Shown piece after piece: positions 13,666-28,269 of a DNA stretch of 64,000 nt. Positions within the stretch are counted from its first letter, which is position 1. The number at the start of each line of letters is the position of its first letter. The notes beneath the pieces were generated by a model. The model worked only from the letters and a program-made list of their open reading frames with translations, ran no database searches and was not told where the DNA came from. This DNA is from Octopus vulgaris (Eukaryota). The stretch is from assembly GCA_951406725.2 (NCBI GenBank), contig OX597820.1, forward strand, positions 124,682,001 through 124,746,000, written 5' to 3'. The position numbers were made by a program, and so were the translations under genes.

Positions 13666-13872
13666 TGTGTGTGTGTGTGTATGTTGGAAGTGATGTACAG
13701 ATATCGTATGTTGATTAAAAGATAGCAGTCGGTGTTTTGCATAATTCTTTATTAGCTCTTTTGTTCCTTAAACGATCTCTTCAAGACAACAATTAATCAT
13801 GATTTAGGTTTTAATGTTTGTCTTAAAAATCTCGTCAATGAATGAATTATCCAAAATTCTGACTGCTTCTTT

Positions 13873-14002
<130 letters not shown>

Positions 14003-17000
14003 ATAAGTATATATATTTAAAAAATTCATACATACACATACATACATAAACACATACACACAGAAACACATATATAGTTATATAGATTGTTAAATAGGTA
14101 GATATGTAGGTATGCATAACGTTATCGCAATATTTCGGGATATACCGGTATTTGTTTTTCTCTGTATTGAGTAATCACTGCTTTGCTCCAGTTTTCGGAG
14201 AATAGAGTGAATGAGAAAAGCGTACGATGCATGTCAGAAATTGATCGAAAGTTTTCCAGGAAATTGCATATATAGGTTAAGAAATATTGTAGATTAGTTT
14301 GTGCTCGCTTTCGGGTACCGTATGTCATAATTCTTTGCTACAATTCAGAGAAAAAAAAAGTGCAGTTTTGGAAACATAACACGAAATCAGGCATTTGAAT
14401 GTCATATTCCTATTAATGTTGTTGTATAAAACAGATTTGTAATTTGAAATTGACATCAATGATTTTAGTGTATTTGCTTCTGAATGTTATAGAGCATCAA
14501 ATGCTCTTGTCGATCACACTTACTGAGAAATAGTCATCAGTGCCGTTGTCGTTGTTCTTTAAACATCACGACAAACGTGATTGGAAACACCTAGGAACAA
14601 AAGCATTCCATCCTTAGACTTGTGTCAGTTTGTGTCAGTTTGTGTAGAGTAACTACGTTTTCAATTTATCTGAATACATTTTAAGGATGCAGAATGCAAG
14701 TTGATTGGAAGATGGCTGCGTACTTTAGTGGCTTGAGGACAACAGGCCTCCCTTAATGGCTTGTAAATTTCCCTAAGTTATCGATGATCTGAAGATTAAA
14801 GTACTGATAAACATCGAATGCCGCATTAATTTATTTATACGATAATTTGAGAGAAAATTATTCAGCAAATGTTAGAAAATATGACACGAATTTCTTGATA
14901 TGTTTTCACTTTGTTTATAATAGTTCTGAATTCTAAATTATAAGCTTCTGTTTAAATGACTTCTAGATTTTTTTACTGAAATAATAATTTAAGATATTTC
15001 AAATGAAATTCATTTATCATAGGTTTAACTCCACTTGAGATAAAATAATCGAACGAATATTATCATTTCCACAGCATAGAATAATGTAATAACCTAACCC
15101 ATTTATGAAATCAATCGCTTATTAATCTGATGAGAACTTCATTATCCTATTGACAATTATCTCACGTGAAATTCAATGGGATTCTCGGTGATTTTCTAGC
15201 ATTAATCTCTCTCGTTATCACGATATTTAATGGCTTAAGCAACATACAAATGAGATGGAGAAGGGTTTATTGATTTTATACATTAGAACAGAAATGAAGT
15301 ACCAAACAACTTTGAACAATTCAAGCAGTGATATGTCATACTGAAGCATTTGTTAACACTCGTCTATGAGTTCAAAACGTTAACATTCCGCCTTCATAAT
15401 ATGTGTAAATAGACACCGTGTTTTAGTACTGAGCAATGCTATTTTCTATTTATGACGATCAAAAAGTGTATATCCTAATCAAAAAATAACTGAAAATATG
15501 GACTCAGGTTCATATTACAGAATATTTCTCTGAAAGTTTTGGATCACAGTAAACTTATTGTCTAGTTTAAATATATGTGAATCATCATAGATTAAAGATC
15601 CACAGACGGTACCTAACTGGAATTCTATTCGACCATCTTACGAACGTTAAAAAGGAATGAACAATCTATTCCTAGATAATTTTTATGTTTAGTCAGGAAG
15701 GAAGGTAAACTCCATAGTCTGTCACGGGGTCTTAAAAACTGGTGGGAGGGAGGGACATATCTTGAAACGAAAATCTGGCTCGAATGCTTTCAACGGTGTG
15801 GAATTGGCTAAAGTACCCTACGGTACCATCTTGTGGTTTTACATCTGGTGACGAGTTAATTCTACCGCCCAAGACGGTGGTGGTAAGTATTTGAATTCAG
15901 AATGCAAACATTCGAAAAATATCACAAAGCATCCACCTTCATTTAACTGATTTCGAAAGGATGAAAAGCTAATATAATCTCAGTGTGGCTTGAACTATTT
16001 GTGCAGGGTTTTCGAACAAACATTGTGAAGCAATTTTTTCCAAGCTCTAAGGACCTTGTTCTTCACCTTCTGAGAAGTAGACGTTATGTGTATAGGGGGA
16101 AATATTTTTTTATAAACTTGCTTGATTAGTGCTAACCCAAGTCTAAGAAACGATAGAAACACTCATAATTTGAGTTCAGTCGGTGTGGATATATACACGT
16201 TGTGTGGAATTAGAAAACGTTCTTTAAATGCAATTACATACTTATCATTACGAAACATTTCCTTGCCTAACTACTAGATATGAAATGAATAATTTGATTT
16301 CAGGCTTTGTTAAACAAAAATATAGAAATAAATGCCTCTAAAATGATTATGCGTATTGAAATATCGTGTTTTATAAATAAAAGCTGCAATATATTAAATC
16401 ATGGTAATAATTTGATTTATATTCATTGTTTTTACGTCTTGTCTTGATATCCAGCATAAAGGGGTCATCTATATAAAAAATTTCTATAAGCAAAATATTC
16501 ACCGTATAAAAAATACTCCAGACGTAATTTTGTAGGACAGTCACTTTACTTCAGAAACCAACGAGGAATATTTTGCGTAGAGAATAACCGTTTTAGAAGA
16601 GCAACCGCGTCTCCGTTATCTAATATATTACCTTTGTAAATAATGAAGTCTATATTGGATTATGTAGACCGTGATATACAAACATACATGTTGGACGTTG
16701 TTCGAAATCTTTTGATTATAGACATTTTGCAGTAGAAATGATCTTCGGCAAAATAATAAAAGTAACAGCAACACTAAAAAAAAATAAAAAGAATCAACGT
16801 AATCAGTAACATCTAAGCGCTAGAAGTTTTCGATGATATTTTTACGTTATGGAGAAAAAGGTTTTCCATTAAAACGTAATACACTGGATAAATCAATACA
16901 GTGATTTTGCCTGGAGATTGCTAAAGAATCTGCAACGTTGGAATGCAATGCTTACATTGTTGGATAGGATTATCTTCCATTGTATAGTATTAGCTGTAGA

Positions 17001-17321
17001 GAAAAAAAAAATGAAAACGAAATGGGATAAAGGCGATTAGCTTCTTCACATTCGGCAAATTTCTTGATACAACATATATATACGTACAGGCATACACATA
17101 TCTGTGTGCGTGTGTGTGTATGACTGCATATATATGCAGATATATCATGGTACATATGAAACCATAGATATAATATTACTTATATATATTCCGATACATA
17201 CATGTACATCTATGTATATGCATGCATTCACATCCATCATTTATAAATAAACGTGTGTGTGCACATGCGAGCAAAGGAAAGCATACTTACGAACATTCTT
17301 GTACACCACACACACATACAC

Positions 17322-17372
<51 letters not shown>

Positions 17373-17378
<6 letters not shown>

Positions 17379-17473
17379 CCCCAAAAACATACATACATAC
17401 ATATACACCCACATATATATATACGTCCTGCCTTTGTTTTTGCTGTCCTTTTTTCTTCTAATATGATATACAC

Positions 17474-17560
<87 letters not shown>

Positions 17561-17666
17561 ATCACAAAAAACATGCATACATGCATATACACCCACATAT
17601 ATATATATACGTCCTGCCTTTGTTTTTCTTGTCCTTTGTTCTTCTAATATGATATACACATATGTA
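17373..17666. repeat. local tandem duplication of a ~110-bp unit separated by (TA)n
   Basis: TACAATC.CAAAAACAT...CGTCCTGCCTTTGTTTTT...CTTCTAATATGATATACACATATGTA at 17373-17480 and 17557-17666. Confidence 0.9.
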
Positions 17667-17676
17667 TATATATATC

Positions 17677-17720
<44 letters not shown>

Positions 17721-18271
17721 TATGTCTACACACCTACACAGACAGAGTAACATCACTTGTGATACACATTTTCCTATTCTGTGAGTATCTGTGCGTGACA
17801 GTATGCGTGTGCGTTGTGAAGTGGGCAGGTAATGAAACTTAGCAATGCTTAAGATTTAGATATTCCATGCTAAAATATTATTTTACAACGTGCTTTCAAA
17901 TGACCAGTGAAGTGTCAGAAGCGAGCACAACGTAGATTAGATTATGACTTTTTTTCTTGAAAGTATGAAGTGTGATGAACAACGAACATGAAAGAAACAG
18001 AAATGGAACAAAAGCCGATAAGATACAAACCTATTTTGCTGGTGACATATGTGTAAGAACTTTGAAGGTAATCATGACATCTCACACAATCCATACATCC
18101 ATTCCCACAAAATAAATACATACAAACATGCATATATGCGCGTGTTTGTGTGTGTCCGTGTGAGTGTATATATGTATGTATATGTATTTATATCTACTTA
18201 TATATGTATATATGGAAACATATGTAGGTACATATATATTTACGTGTGTGTGTATACACATACACATTCAA

Positions 18272-18302
<31 letters not shown>

Positions 18303-19112
18303 CGTGTATATAATTATATATGTGAATATGTGTGTATATGTGTGTGTGAGTGTGTGTGAATGTATGTACATTCTAAATGTTGCAACGAATGAAATAAGAA
18401 TATTCAGGTTCTTGAAGGAGAGGCTTACAAGTCTAAGTGAAAAATTTTTCATGTAACTATTTCCAGATGAATATACAATAGGGTTGCTTGAATGTAGAAT
18501 ATTTCACCATGTCTCGTAACTCTTTGCTTCTGAATGCTGTACTAACTTATCTGAGATACGTTTCTTTTTTCAAGTAGCCAACCATTGTGATTTAACCTTA
18601 GTGACATTAAGCTTGGTTTCGTGGTGATGACCTCATCCATATAGGTATTTTTTTCACTGTTCGAACCAATGTTCCGTATGTGAGTACTTACGAAACCACT
18701 CATCAAAATTATGTTTGGTGGGTGAATCGTTGTTTAAAAGAGTTCGCCAGCATATGGATATATATTTAGAGTTTAGTATTGTTTGCACAATAACCAGATT
18801 TAACAGAGAGTGTGTATTTCTTTGTTTAGGAAATTATTGGAAGGGTTTGTGCTTAACTGTAACATATTAGTTGTATTCTTCCTCAAAATATTTTATTTTT
18901 AAATTGTACCTTTATCATTGTCCTTGATGTTTTGACATGTTATTCAACATTCTCTAAGGGATAGAGACATTGTAGGGAACGAATCTAACATGCATTAAAT
19001 TTTCGTCGTATGTTTATTATAGAGAAAGGCTATTTCCATCATACGGTTAATTTATTACGAAAAATAAGCTCGTATATGTATGTAGCCAGTACAGTAGCCA
19101 GTAGCTAGGCTT

Positions 19113-19526
19113 GCAGGAGCGGGTGTGTGATAAATAGCTCGCTTACCAACTACATGGTACCGGGTTCATTCCCTCTGCGTCGCAACTTGGACAAATGTAT
19201 TCTAATATAGGCTCGGGTCAACCAAAGACTTGTGAGTGGATTTGGTAGATGGAAACTGAAAGACGCCCGTCGTATATGTATATATATATATGTGTGTGTG
19301 TGTATGTGTGTGTATGCTTATGTCTGTGTTTGTCCCCTCAACACTGCTTGTCGATTGATGGTGGTGTGTTGACGTCCCCGTAAATTAGCTGTTCGGCAAT
19401 AGAGAGTCCGGTAGAATAAGTACTACGCTTACAAAGAATAAGTCCTGGGGTCGATTTACAGGCACTGCTCCCCCATGGCCGCAGTCAAATGGCTGAAACA
19501 AATAAAATAATAAAAGAGTAAAGAGT
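19113..19526 (+). mobile_element. SINE family E (bipartite, internal microsatellite, LINE-like tail)
   Basis: tRNA-like head, GTGAGTGGATTTGGTAGATGGAAACTGAAAGA, internal (TA)/(TG), then tail CATGGCCGCAGTCAAATGGCTGAAACAAATAAAA. Confidence 0.8.
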
Positions 19527-19544
19527 AATATATATATGTATATA

Positions 19545-19585
<41 letters not shown>

Positions 19586-20372
19586 ATAAATAGATGGATG
19601 GGTGGATGGATAGATAGATAGATAGATAGACACGTAGAAAGATAGATAAACTTAGATGGCTAAATAAATGGTACAGAGCCATTTGTAATGAATCATCAAA
19701 GATGTGTTACATATATTTCTCTGTCTTCTTACCATGTGGATATATATATATATATATATATATATAGATAGATAGATCGATAGATAGATATGCGGAGGAC
19801 ATCACGTATTCAATAAATTGAGAATGGGTTTGCTATTCGTGGGATTTTCCACCAGTGAAATGAAATGAACATATGGTTGACTACACGAATGCATAATGCA
19901 TATATGCGCAGAATTCAATTTCCTAATATTACAGTTAATTATGCTTTATATGCAATGAACTGAATATTTGTTTTCTGAAAGACTCCAAAATTAAAAATTT
20001 GCACTGAGTAATCTCTTATGTTTTCAAAGTAGTTACATCTGTTATATACTTAATACATATTTTGTAGAAGTTATATCATTGTAAATGTTTTGTATATTAA
20101 CAATTCACGCTAAAAGAAGCATTCATGGTTAAGAAAATATAACGATGTGTCGTCCCTCTTAATATACCAAAAAATGTAAGTTGTAATGGAACGCAACATG
20201 GTTGCATGCATAAATATAGTTAAATTTCCATTAAGTACGATTGTGGTAATCTTTTCGGTTTTTGTAAATTAATGGGTTATTATACAATATAGGTAAAATA
20301 TGTATGTATGCATATATCTATCTATATTTCTATCTCTATCTCTCTTTATATATGTGTATATATATGTATATG

Positions 20373-20437
<65 letters not shown>

Positions 20438-21317
20438 ATTTTCTTATGTATAAATACATACGCATGTATGGATGGATGTAAATTGTATATATATATATGT
20501 ATATATACATGTGTGTGTGTGTGCATGTACGTGCGTGCGTGCGTGTGTGTGTGTGTGTGTAAATATTGTAATATTTGGGATGTGATACGACCTACGAATA
20601 TTATTTTACCGCATTTGATTATCAAAACGCTAATTTGTCACCTACTGTGTTGCTGGTCTAAGGAGATTTCAATGTATCCTAATGCTAGTCCAATGTCACG
20701 CTCTTATCTATCAACTGAGTAACGGCAATGGAAGAAACACGAATAATAAATGGTGAGAGAGTGAAGAAGAGTGAGATGGAAGAGAACGGAAGTAGGTGTA
20801 GAGAGAGAGAAAATGTGTGTGTATAAGAGTGAATGAGAGAAAAGGAAGAAAACATGATCAGTTAGTATAGTTGGAGATGGAGAGCAATGCATGATAGAAA
20901 ATATGATGTAGTGGACTATATGTAAGGTAGATGGCACAATATGCTGAAATAGCAAAGTTTTGGAAATTAATTCCACTTTACTAAATTAATTTTCTTATTT
21001 TCTCCGTCTCTGAAGATGACTCTTTCTCCGATTATATGATGCATTTTGGAATTCTATTTTCGGATACGAAAAATTTCGATACGAGAATGGAATGAATGCT
21101 CAGATCTTCTGGAGATATATATATATATATCTACATATGTATCTGTGTGTGCGCGCGCGTAAGTGCGTGCGCGTGTGTTTCTTGTGTGTTTGCGTGTGTG
21201 ATTTGTTGTTTGTATAGATATTTATGTCTATCTGTCTGTATGTATTTACATATTTATGTGAGCGTTGGTGTGTTCCCTTATGCTTGAAGGTGTGAGTATA
21301 TATATATATATATATAT

Positions 21318-23343
21318 ATGGAGCAAGTAATACTCCAACCAACCAGGGCAGGTAACACACTGGATCTCTGCTTCACAAATAATATGGATTTCATCCATAA
21401 TGTGAAAGTGACACCGACACTACTCTCGAATCACAACATGGTAGGGCTGACCATGAACGGGCCAAAGGAATGCATGGACATGCAGCCTACAAGAAACTCT
21501 CAGAATTTTTCCAGCTTGAACTTCAATAAGGCAAACTGGAAACAAATTGAGAAAGAGATCCTCAAACAAAACTGGCCTGAATGTCTCTCCTCGCCAGACA
21601 TCGACATGAAACTTCAACAATTCATGTCTGTAATGCAAGCCATATGCTACAAATGTGTCCGAGAGAGAAAGGCCACTGTACACAAGAACAAAATCCCCAG
21701 AGAGAGGAAAATTCTAATGAGACGGCGTACAAAAATCTCAAATCGCCTAAACAAACAAATTGAAAGCAGTGAAAAATCCCGTCTGAAAATGAAACTGTTG
21801 GAAATTGAAAAATGTCTGCAACTCTTCCATGAAAAGGAAAGAGCAGACAAAGAAGCCTGGGCTATAGACAATATAAAATCTAACCCCAGAGCTTTCTACA
21901 GGTATGCCAAAGAAACAGATACAGTGCACTGTAGGATAGGGCTACTCCTTGAAAGGGATGGCACACTCACGGGAAATCCAATGAGGGTAAGTGAAATACT
22001 AAATGAGCAATTCAAGAGTGTTTTCACCCCACCCCTTGGGCATTTCCAAATCAGCAATCCAACTGACTTCTTCACCACTGCAGATATGGGGTCAGAGGCG
22101 GCGATGATTGATTACATCAATATAAAGGAAGACGATGTAATAAATAATGAGATGAAAACAAACTCAGCTACTGGCCCCGATGGATTCCCGGCAATCCTTC
22201 TAAAAGTATGTATGTGAGTCCTAGCAAGACCACTGCAGTCTCTCTCTCAGAGCTTCCTTGCAACTGGCAAACTTCCAAGAAAACTGAAGGAAGGTAAAAT
22301 ATGCCCTATTCATAAAGGAGGTATCAGAGCGGAGGCCAAGTGTTCCGCAGGGCACTGTTTTGGGACCACTACTGTTCATAATGGCCCTCTCAGACATGCC
22401 CTCAGCCACGCAGTGAGCCACGATCACAAGTTATGCAGATGATACAAAAGTTTCACAGGTAATACAGAACCCTGAAGACACTAAGCACCTGCAATGTGAG
22501 CTGGACAAAATATATAAGTGGGCTGAAAAGAATAGGATGCAGTTCAATGCTGAAAAGTTTCAAGCTTTATGCTATCAGCATGCAAAACTGAATGCAATAC
22601 CCAATGAATACACTGGACCCGGAGGGATTGCAATCCCAGAGGCACAATCAGTGCGTGACCTGGGTATTCACATGAGTGATTGCGCAACCTTTCATGTACA
22701 TGTTGCTAAACTGGCAATGAAATGTAGACGGCTGGCCGGATGGATTCTTAGTACCTTTAGAACAAGAGAACAAGAAACCATGATTGTCCTCTGGAATACA
22801 CTTGTCCTAAGCCACTTTGACTATTGCTCTCAGCTATGGTCACCATCCAGTGTCAAGTTGATCACAGAACTTGAGGCGATCCAACGAAGCTCCACGAAGA
22901 AGATAGCCTCTGTGCAGCATATAAACTACTGGGAAAGACTCAAGAGATTAAATCTCTATTCCTTGGAGCGTAGGCGAGAGAGATATGCCATAATATATAT
23001 CTGGAAGATCCTGGAAGGACTTGTCCCAAACTTTGGCATCGAGAGTCACACAAATGCCAGAACCGGGCGCCACTGCGTGGTACCAAGGACTCCAAATTTG
23101 CCATCAAGATGTAGGACAAGATACTGTGATAGCCTGGGCTTCAGAGGCCCACAGCTCTTCAATATCCTCCCGAAGAACCTGAGGGACCTGCATGGTGTAG
23201 ATTCGGATGTCTTTAAAGTAGGACTGGATCTCTTCCTGTCAGGTGTCCCGGATGAACCAACTTCACAGCAGGAGGTGCAGATAAGGGCAGCTGCATCGAA
23301 CTCCCTCATGCACCAAATGGCAGTTGCTAAAAAGCATTCGTGA
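21318..23343 (+). pseudogene. disrupted LINE ORF2 (endonuclease/reverse transcriptase)
   Basis: ORFs 21318-22217 and 22537-23343 plus intervening RT motifs. Stops, frameshifts and a deletion of the N-terminal RT subdomains near 22340. Confidence 0.85.
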
Positions 23344-23430
23344 GGTAAAATCATGTAGCAAACCAAATGGCGGTGCCCCAGCATGGCCACAGCTCATGAG
23401 CTAAAACTGGAAAAATCAAAATCAAAAGCA
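21318..23430 (+). mobile_element. 5'-truncated, internally deleted CR1/L2-group (APE-RT) LINE
   Basis: Endonuclease end PTRAGNTLDLCFTN..SNH, linker GPDGFP, PIHKGG joined directly to VPQGTVLGPLLF, YADDTK near 22432, C-terminal ERLKRLNLYSLERRRERY..GPQLFNILP. Short 3' UTR with (AAAATC) tail. Inserted in (TA)n. Confidence 0.9.
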
Positions 23431-23432
23431 AA

Positions 23433-23516
<84 letters not shown>

Positions 23517-23668
23517 CGTGCGCGCGTGTGTGTGCGTGCGCGCATGTGTGTGTGTGAAACGTTGAGTTGAATTTCATTATTTTTCCTTGGTGGAGGATCC
23601 AATGTTAGATTTCTATACACATTGTATATTTGCATTGAATTAATAAACAATAACTGGTGTAAGTCAAT

Positions 23669-23705
<37 letters not shown>

Positions 23706-23886
23706 CTACCACTGTGAGCTACGTGGTTTCAAAATGTATATCGATAATATAGGCGTAAGCTATATAATGTAGGCCTAATGATCAGGCGGGAGAGGCGCAT
23801 ATATGAATTGATTTGACGCAGGTAATGTTATGTGATTAACTATTTCGTAACTGTGTTGTTTTTTACTAGTTTCAACTTCATGCTGC

Positions 23887-24010
<124 letters not shown>

Positions 24011-24087
24011 TCACATATATATATATAAACCAAGAGATAAGATGGAGATAAGTTTAGTAAATATTTATTAATACATTGAGAAAACCA

Positions 24088-24197
24088 GACCTACAATTGT
24101 TTCAATTCCCCATTTGCAGCATAAAATCAACCAACTATAATTTAATATAACTAATTCAATTTAGTTAATTACTACAAGTGAGAATATCGTCAGGGAA
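24088..24197 (-). ncRNA. type I hammerhead ribozyme motif with long helix II
   Basis: CC-CUGACGA-U-AUUCUCACUUGUAGUA...UGCUGCAAAUGGGGAAU-U-GAAA-CAAUUG-UA-GG. Helix III is the palindrome ACAAUUGU, triplet GUA, helix I only 2 bp in this copy. Confidence 0.65.
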
Positions 24198-24413
24198 GGA
24201 CTACAAAGGACGTGAAAACATCAAAGTTCAAACTATATACGTTAATTACAATACATACAGTTATGAAAATAGTTATAGTTATAAATTAGTATAAATAACT
24301 AAAATGTTTTTTATAGTATTAATAATATATATGTATGTGCCTATTTTGTTAGGTTTTCAATCAGTCTAATCATAGATTGTTTAACCCTCTCAGGTTTATA
24401 TCCCACCTTTACT

Positions 24414-24558
<145 letters not shown>

Positions 24559-24569
24559 CATATATGAAT

Positions 24570-24735
24570 TGTGTCCAATAAATTTGGCATCGAAACATCA
24601 AACCATGATGCTTGCTCAGTCGCAGTGTGAGATGTACCCATATTCACTACAGTTTCCATCTCATCGTTATCCACCTTAATCTGAGGACTACCACATGGCT
24701 GATTTACAAAAGTAAAGTCACCAAACTGTGACTTC
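24570..24735 (-). mobile_element. mariner transposase N-terminal HTH relic
   Basis: Translation WFEKSQFGDFTFVNQPCGSPQIKVDNDEMETVVNMGTSHTATEQASWFDVSMPNLLD fits the mariner WF..F..G...L....GRP linker and second HTH. Confidence 0.7.
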
Positions 24736-24754
24736 TCAAACCATAAATATGAAC

Positions 24755-24821
<67 letters not shown>

Positions 24822-25142
24822 TATATATCACTTATTCCCCAATGTTACCAATATACGCAGCGGGAACAAATACTATTGTTACCTTCGAGGTAGCTTTTTA
24901 AATAAAACAAATATTTTTTTTCTGTATTAAAACTCTGCAACTTTCTACAAACGTATTGTTTTTGTATGCACTTACCTAACTGTTTATAAATATACGTACG
25001 GGTTGGTGGTTATATTCTCACATCGATACGTGTATAAAGTGTGTAACGTGATTTTGTGTCTGTATATGTGCCCTTACATATATGTGTATGTGCAAGTGCG
25101 TGTGGGTGTCCGTGCTTACGTATGTATGAAATGAATGTATAA

Positions 25143-25184
<42 letters not shown>

Positions 25185-27080
25185 CTTTTGCATTTAATTG
25201 GCATCTCTTGCCCTCAGTTTACTTACTTCATTCATATGTGCATGCTTTGTTACCATAAAACTTATGTCTCGATATAGTCATAAAATTGAAACAAAGCTAT
25301 ATTCAATAAACTTTTTCAAAAGCATACGCAACAAACGCAATACGAAGTGATAAATTTACAGCTGTCAACAATGTTCTTTTCGATATTTATATTTCTATGT
25401 TTTCAGTCGAAACAGGTCTTTTGAAATATACATTTCTGTAGATATAATGAGACAATTATTTACTATCTAAAACATAGACTTTATACAGCTGTTATTTTAC
25501 TTCATTTTACAATACATATGTCGAATCAATTGTTGCAGCTAATAAGAGTTTATAACATTCTTCCTCATGTTACACACATAAATGGATACTGTGACAGGTT
25601 TAGGAGCCACTGAATTGGAAAACTTTATGGTTTTCCTTTTAATTTCTTCGGGTTCAGTCTATCGTAAAAGGCAGTGTTTCAGATAACTACATCAAGAAAA
25701 GAAATAATTACTTCATCAGCAATTACACTCATTAAGTGATCATAGGTTTTCAAATTTGACGTAAATTATGGTTGTGTAACAGAGCCGAAAGTAGTTTTTA
25801 CTCTATGTGTTAGGAATGTAGTTAAAATATCTAATTGCTATGCATGGTAATTATAGGCGTGTATGTTGTTGGTATAGATTTTCTGGAAATTTTTCTAAAT
25901 GATGTTTGAGAAATATAAAGGATCCATTTCATGTATGTCATTCTTACGCACGCATACTAACATTCTCCGGTGGAAATGACGAGTAACATTTAGAATGGCA
26001 CTTACTCGTCTAATACGCCACAATCTATATTTCAAATAATAAATAATAATGTGGATCCATATTACGATGTTCAAGATATGCATAGGAAGAAACTAGTAAG
26101 ATGGAGAGAAAATATTCATGGGTTTCCATGTGCTACTACTGAGATTAAAAGGTTAAAAAGTAAAATAAGTTGCTTCTAATTGAAAACGTAGGGTTTATTT
26201 TAAAACTGTTTAAATTTCAATTAAACTAATGCAATTAACCAAAATTCGACATTCAGTGAGAATGGAAACGGACCTCTAGTATGCTATTGATCGTTCCAGT
26301 AAAATTCTAACTCAAATTTCAGTTTGGAGTTACTGAGAAAAATACGCCTTCAATTTCTTTCGGAATCTGATGAATATTCCAAAGGTAATTTTGATTTTCT
26401 ATTCCCTATTGTAGCTAAGATGCGTATTAGCTCCGACCGAGATTAACTATTTTCAGCTACAAAGAATCTAAACTTACAGTACAAATAACTTATATATTAT
26501 TTGAAAGCAGACGAGTGTAACTCGGTGTAGATTTGACAGTTAATTCTAGGAAATCGAATTGCTTCATTCCACGCAGAACATCGGATATTCTGGCCTTCTG
26601 CCAACGTATTTTTTCTTCTAGATACTACATTGAAAATACAACGTAATACATGATTGTCTATAGACAGGCGACCATATCCCAGATCCCTTGTAATGGTTTT
26701 GTCAGAGTATATTTCATTTGAACTGACACTGTTAATATTCAGCAGCACGTGGCTGTTGGTGAATCTTTATACCACCTAATCACAACCCATTCAAGATTAA
26801 TTTAGCTAATTCCTCATCTTACGAGCCTTTGTGCATCTATTGAAAGAAATACTGAATCACTTATACGTTGATCAATTCCTAGTGCTACGAATATTTTCTT
26901 TGCTAGCATACATGTATCTTTCCTTAAATGATAAATAGCGATACCAATATTTGTTAAGCGTTTCCTTCAAATTGGATGTCACACATATCTAGGAAAACGT
27001 AACTTTGCAGATACAATGTGAACGTTATTACCTCACATTTCATCTTTTTAAAACTCCTGTTTGCATATAAACTCCCACGC

Positions 27081-27300
27081 GGTGGAAGCGTGTGGCGTAG
27101 TGGTTAGGGTGTTGAACTCATGATCGTAAGGTTGTGGTTTCGATTCCTGGACCGGGCGATGCGTTGTGTTCTTGAGCAAAACACTTCATTTCACGTTGCT
27201 CCAGTCCACTCTGCTGACAAAAGTGAGTAATCCTGCGACGGACCGGCGTCCCATCCAGGTGGGGAATTTCTACGCCACTGAAACCGGAAACCGGAACAAA
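27081..27300 (+). mobile_element. tRNA-derived SINE, head type B, with a different tail
   Basis: TGGCGTAGTGGTTAGGG...GTTTCGATTCC, GCGTTGTGTTCTTGAGCAAAACACTT, then CCTGCGACGGACCGGCGTCCCATCCAGG...GAAACCGG. Confidence 0.8.
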
Positions 27301-27982
27301 CTCCCCCGCATATATTGATTTGTTGAAAAAATGCTTAATATTAATGCAAAAATTAAAAAAAAAAGTTATTGCTGGATTGAGCACTTTTGTGTGTTTCTAT
27401 GACAGTTAAAGTAATTAAAACTTGTTATTAATGCTTTTTTGTCAATGTATGGAAGTCAGACACTCTCAGAATATTAAGAAACTTACGACGAAGTGAATGA
27501 ATACTAAAGATCAAGATTATCTGAAGTATTTTATTGAAATTTCTGCAAAGTTTTCATACTGCACTGGCAAAATGGTTCAGGAAAACGAAACGAGGTGGTG
27601 AAGACGTAACTGAAAACAAAAACAACTGGAATGTAACAGAAAATTAAAAAAAATAACTGGACAGAGAATTTCAAATGGAATTTCAGAAAATAAATAATTA
27701 GAAAATATGCAGAATAATAATTAACAGCGACTACACAAATTTCACTGGAACTGGTTACTGAAAATAATTCTGAGATTATCAAAAAAATACTAGAAAATAC
27801 TGATGAGGTTGGCATAGCAATAATGATACGGATGACGACGACGACGATGATCATGATGATGATGATGATGATGATCATGTGAGGGAGGCGGGGCTTAACA
27901 TATAGACGATAACTTATTAGTTTTCATAACTTTCTGAATTCTGTTATGTATTTCATGGTGATGATAATAACGATGATGATGA

Positions 27983-28190
27983 TAATCCTTTCTACTAAAG
28001 GCACAGAGCGTGAAATTTTTGGAGAGTGGACATGCTGATTGCATCGACCCAAGTGGGTAACTGGTACTTACTTTATCGACCCTGACAGAATGAAAGCTAA
28101 AGTCGACCACGGCGGATTTTGAACTCAGAACGTAGCGACGGGCGAAATACCGCTAAGCATTTCGGCCAGCGTGCTAAAGATTCTGCCAGC
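27983..28190 (-). mobile_element. SINE family D with alternative 3' tail
   Basis: Head and core match 5326 and 61260, but the 3' end is ...AAAATTTCACGCTCTGTGCCTTTAGTAGAAAGGATTA followed by (TCA)n. Confidence 0.8.
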
Positions 28191-28269
28191 ACTATGATGA
28201 TGTTTAAAGATGATGGGAATCTTGTGAATATTATAAATGATGATGATCATCTTAACAATGATAATTAGT

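Noticed and set aside
21005-21090. CUGAAGA...GAAA in a pseudo-LTR-like segment
   Set aside because: I could not build a consistent helix III and helix I.
25664-25724. Minus-strand CUGAUGA...GAAAC hammerhead-like match
   Set aside because: Helix II is plausible, but the triplet is GCC and helix I cannot form.
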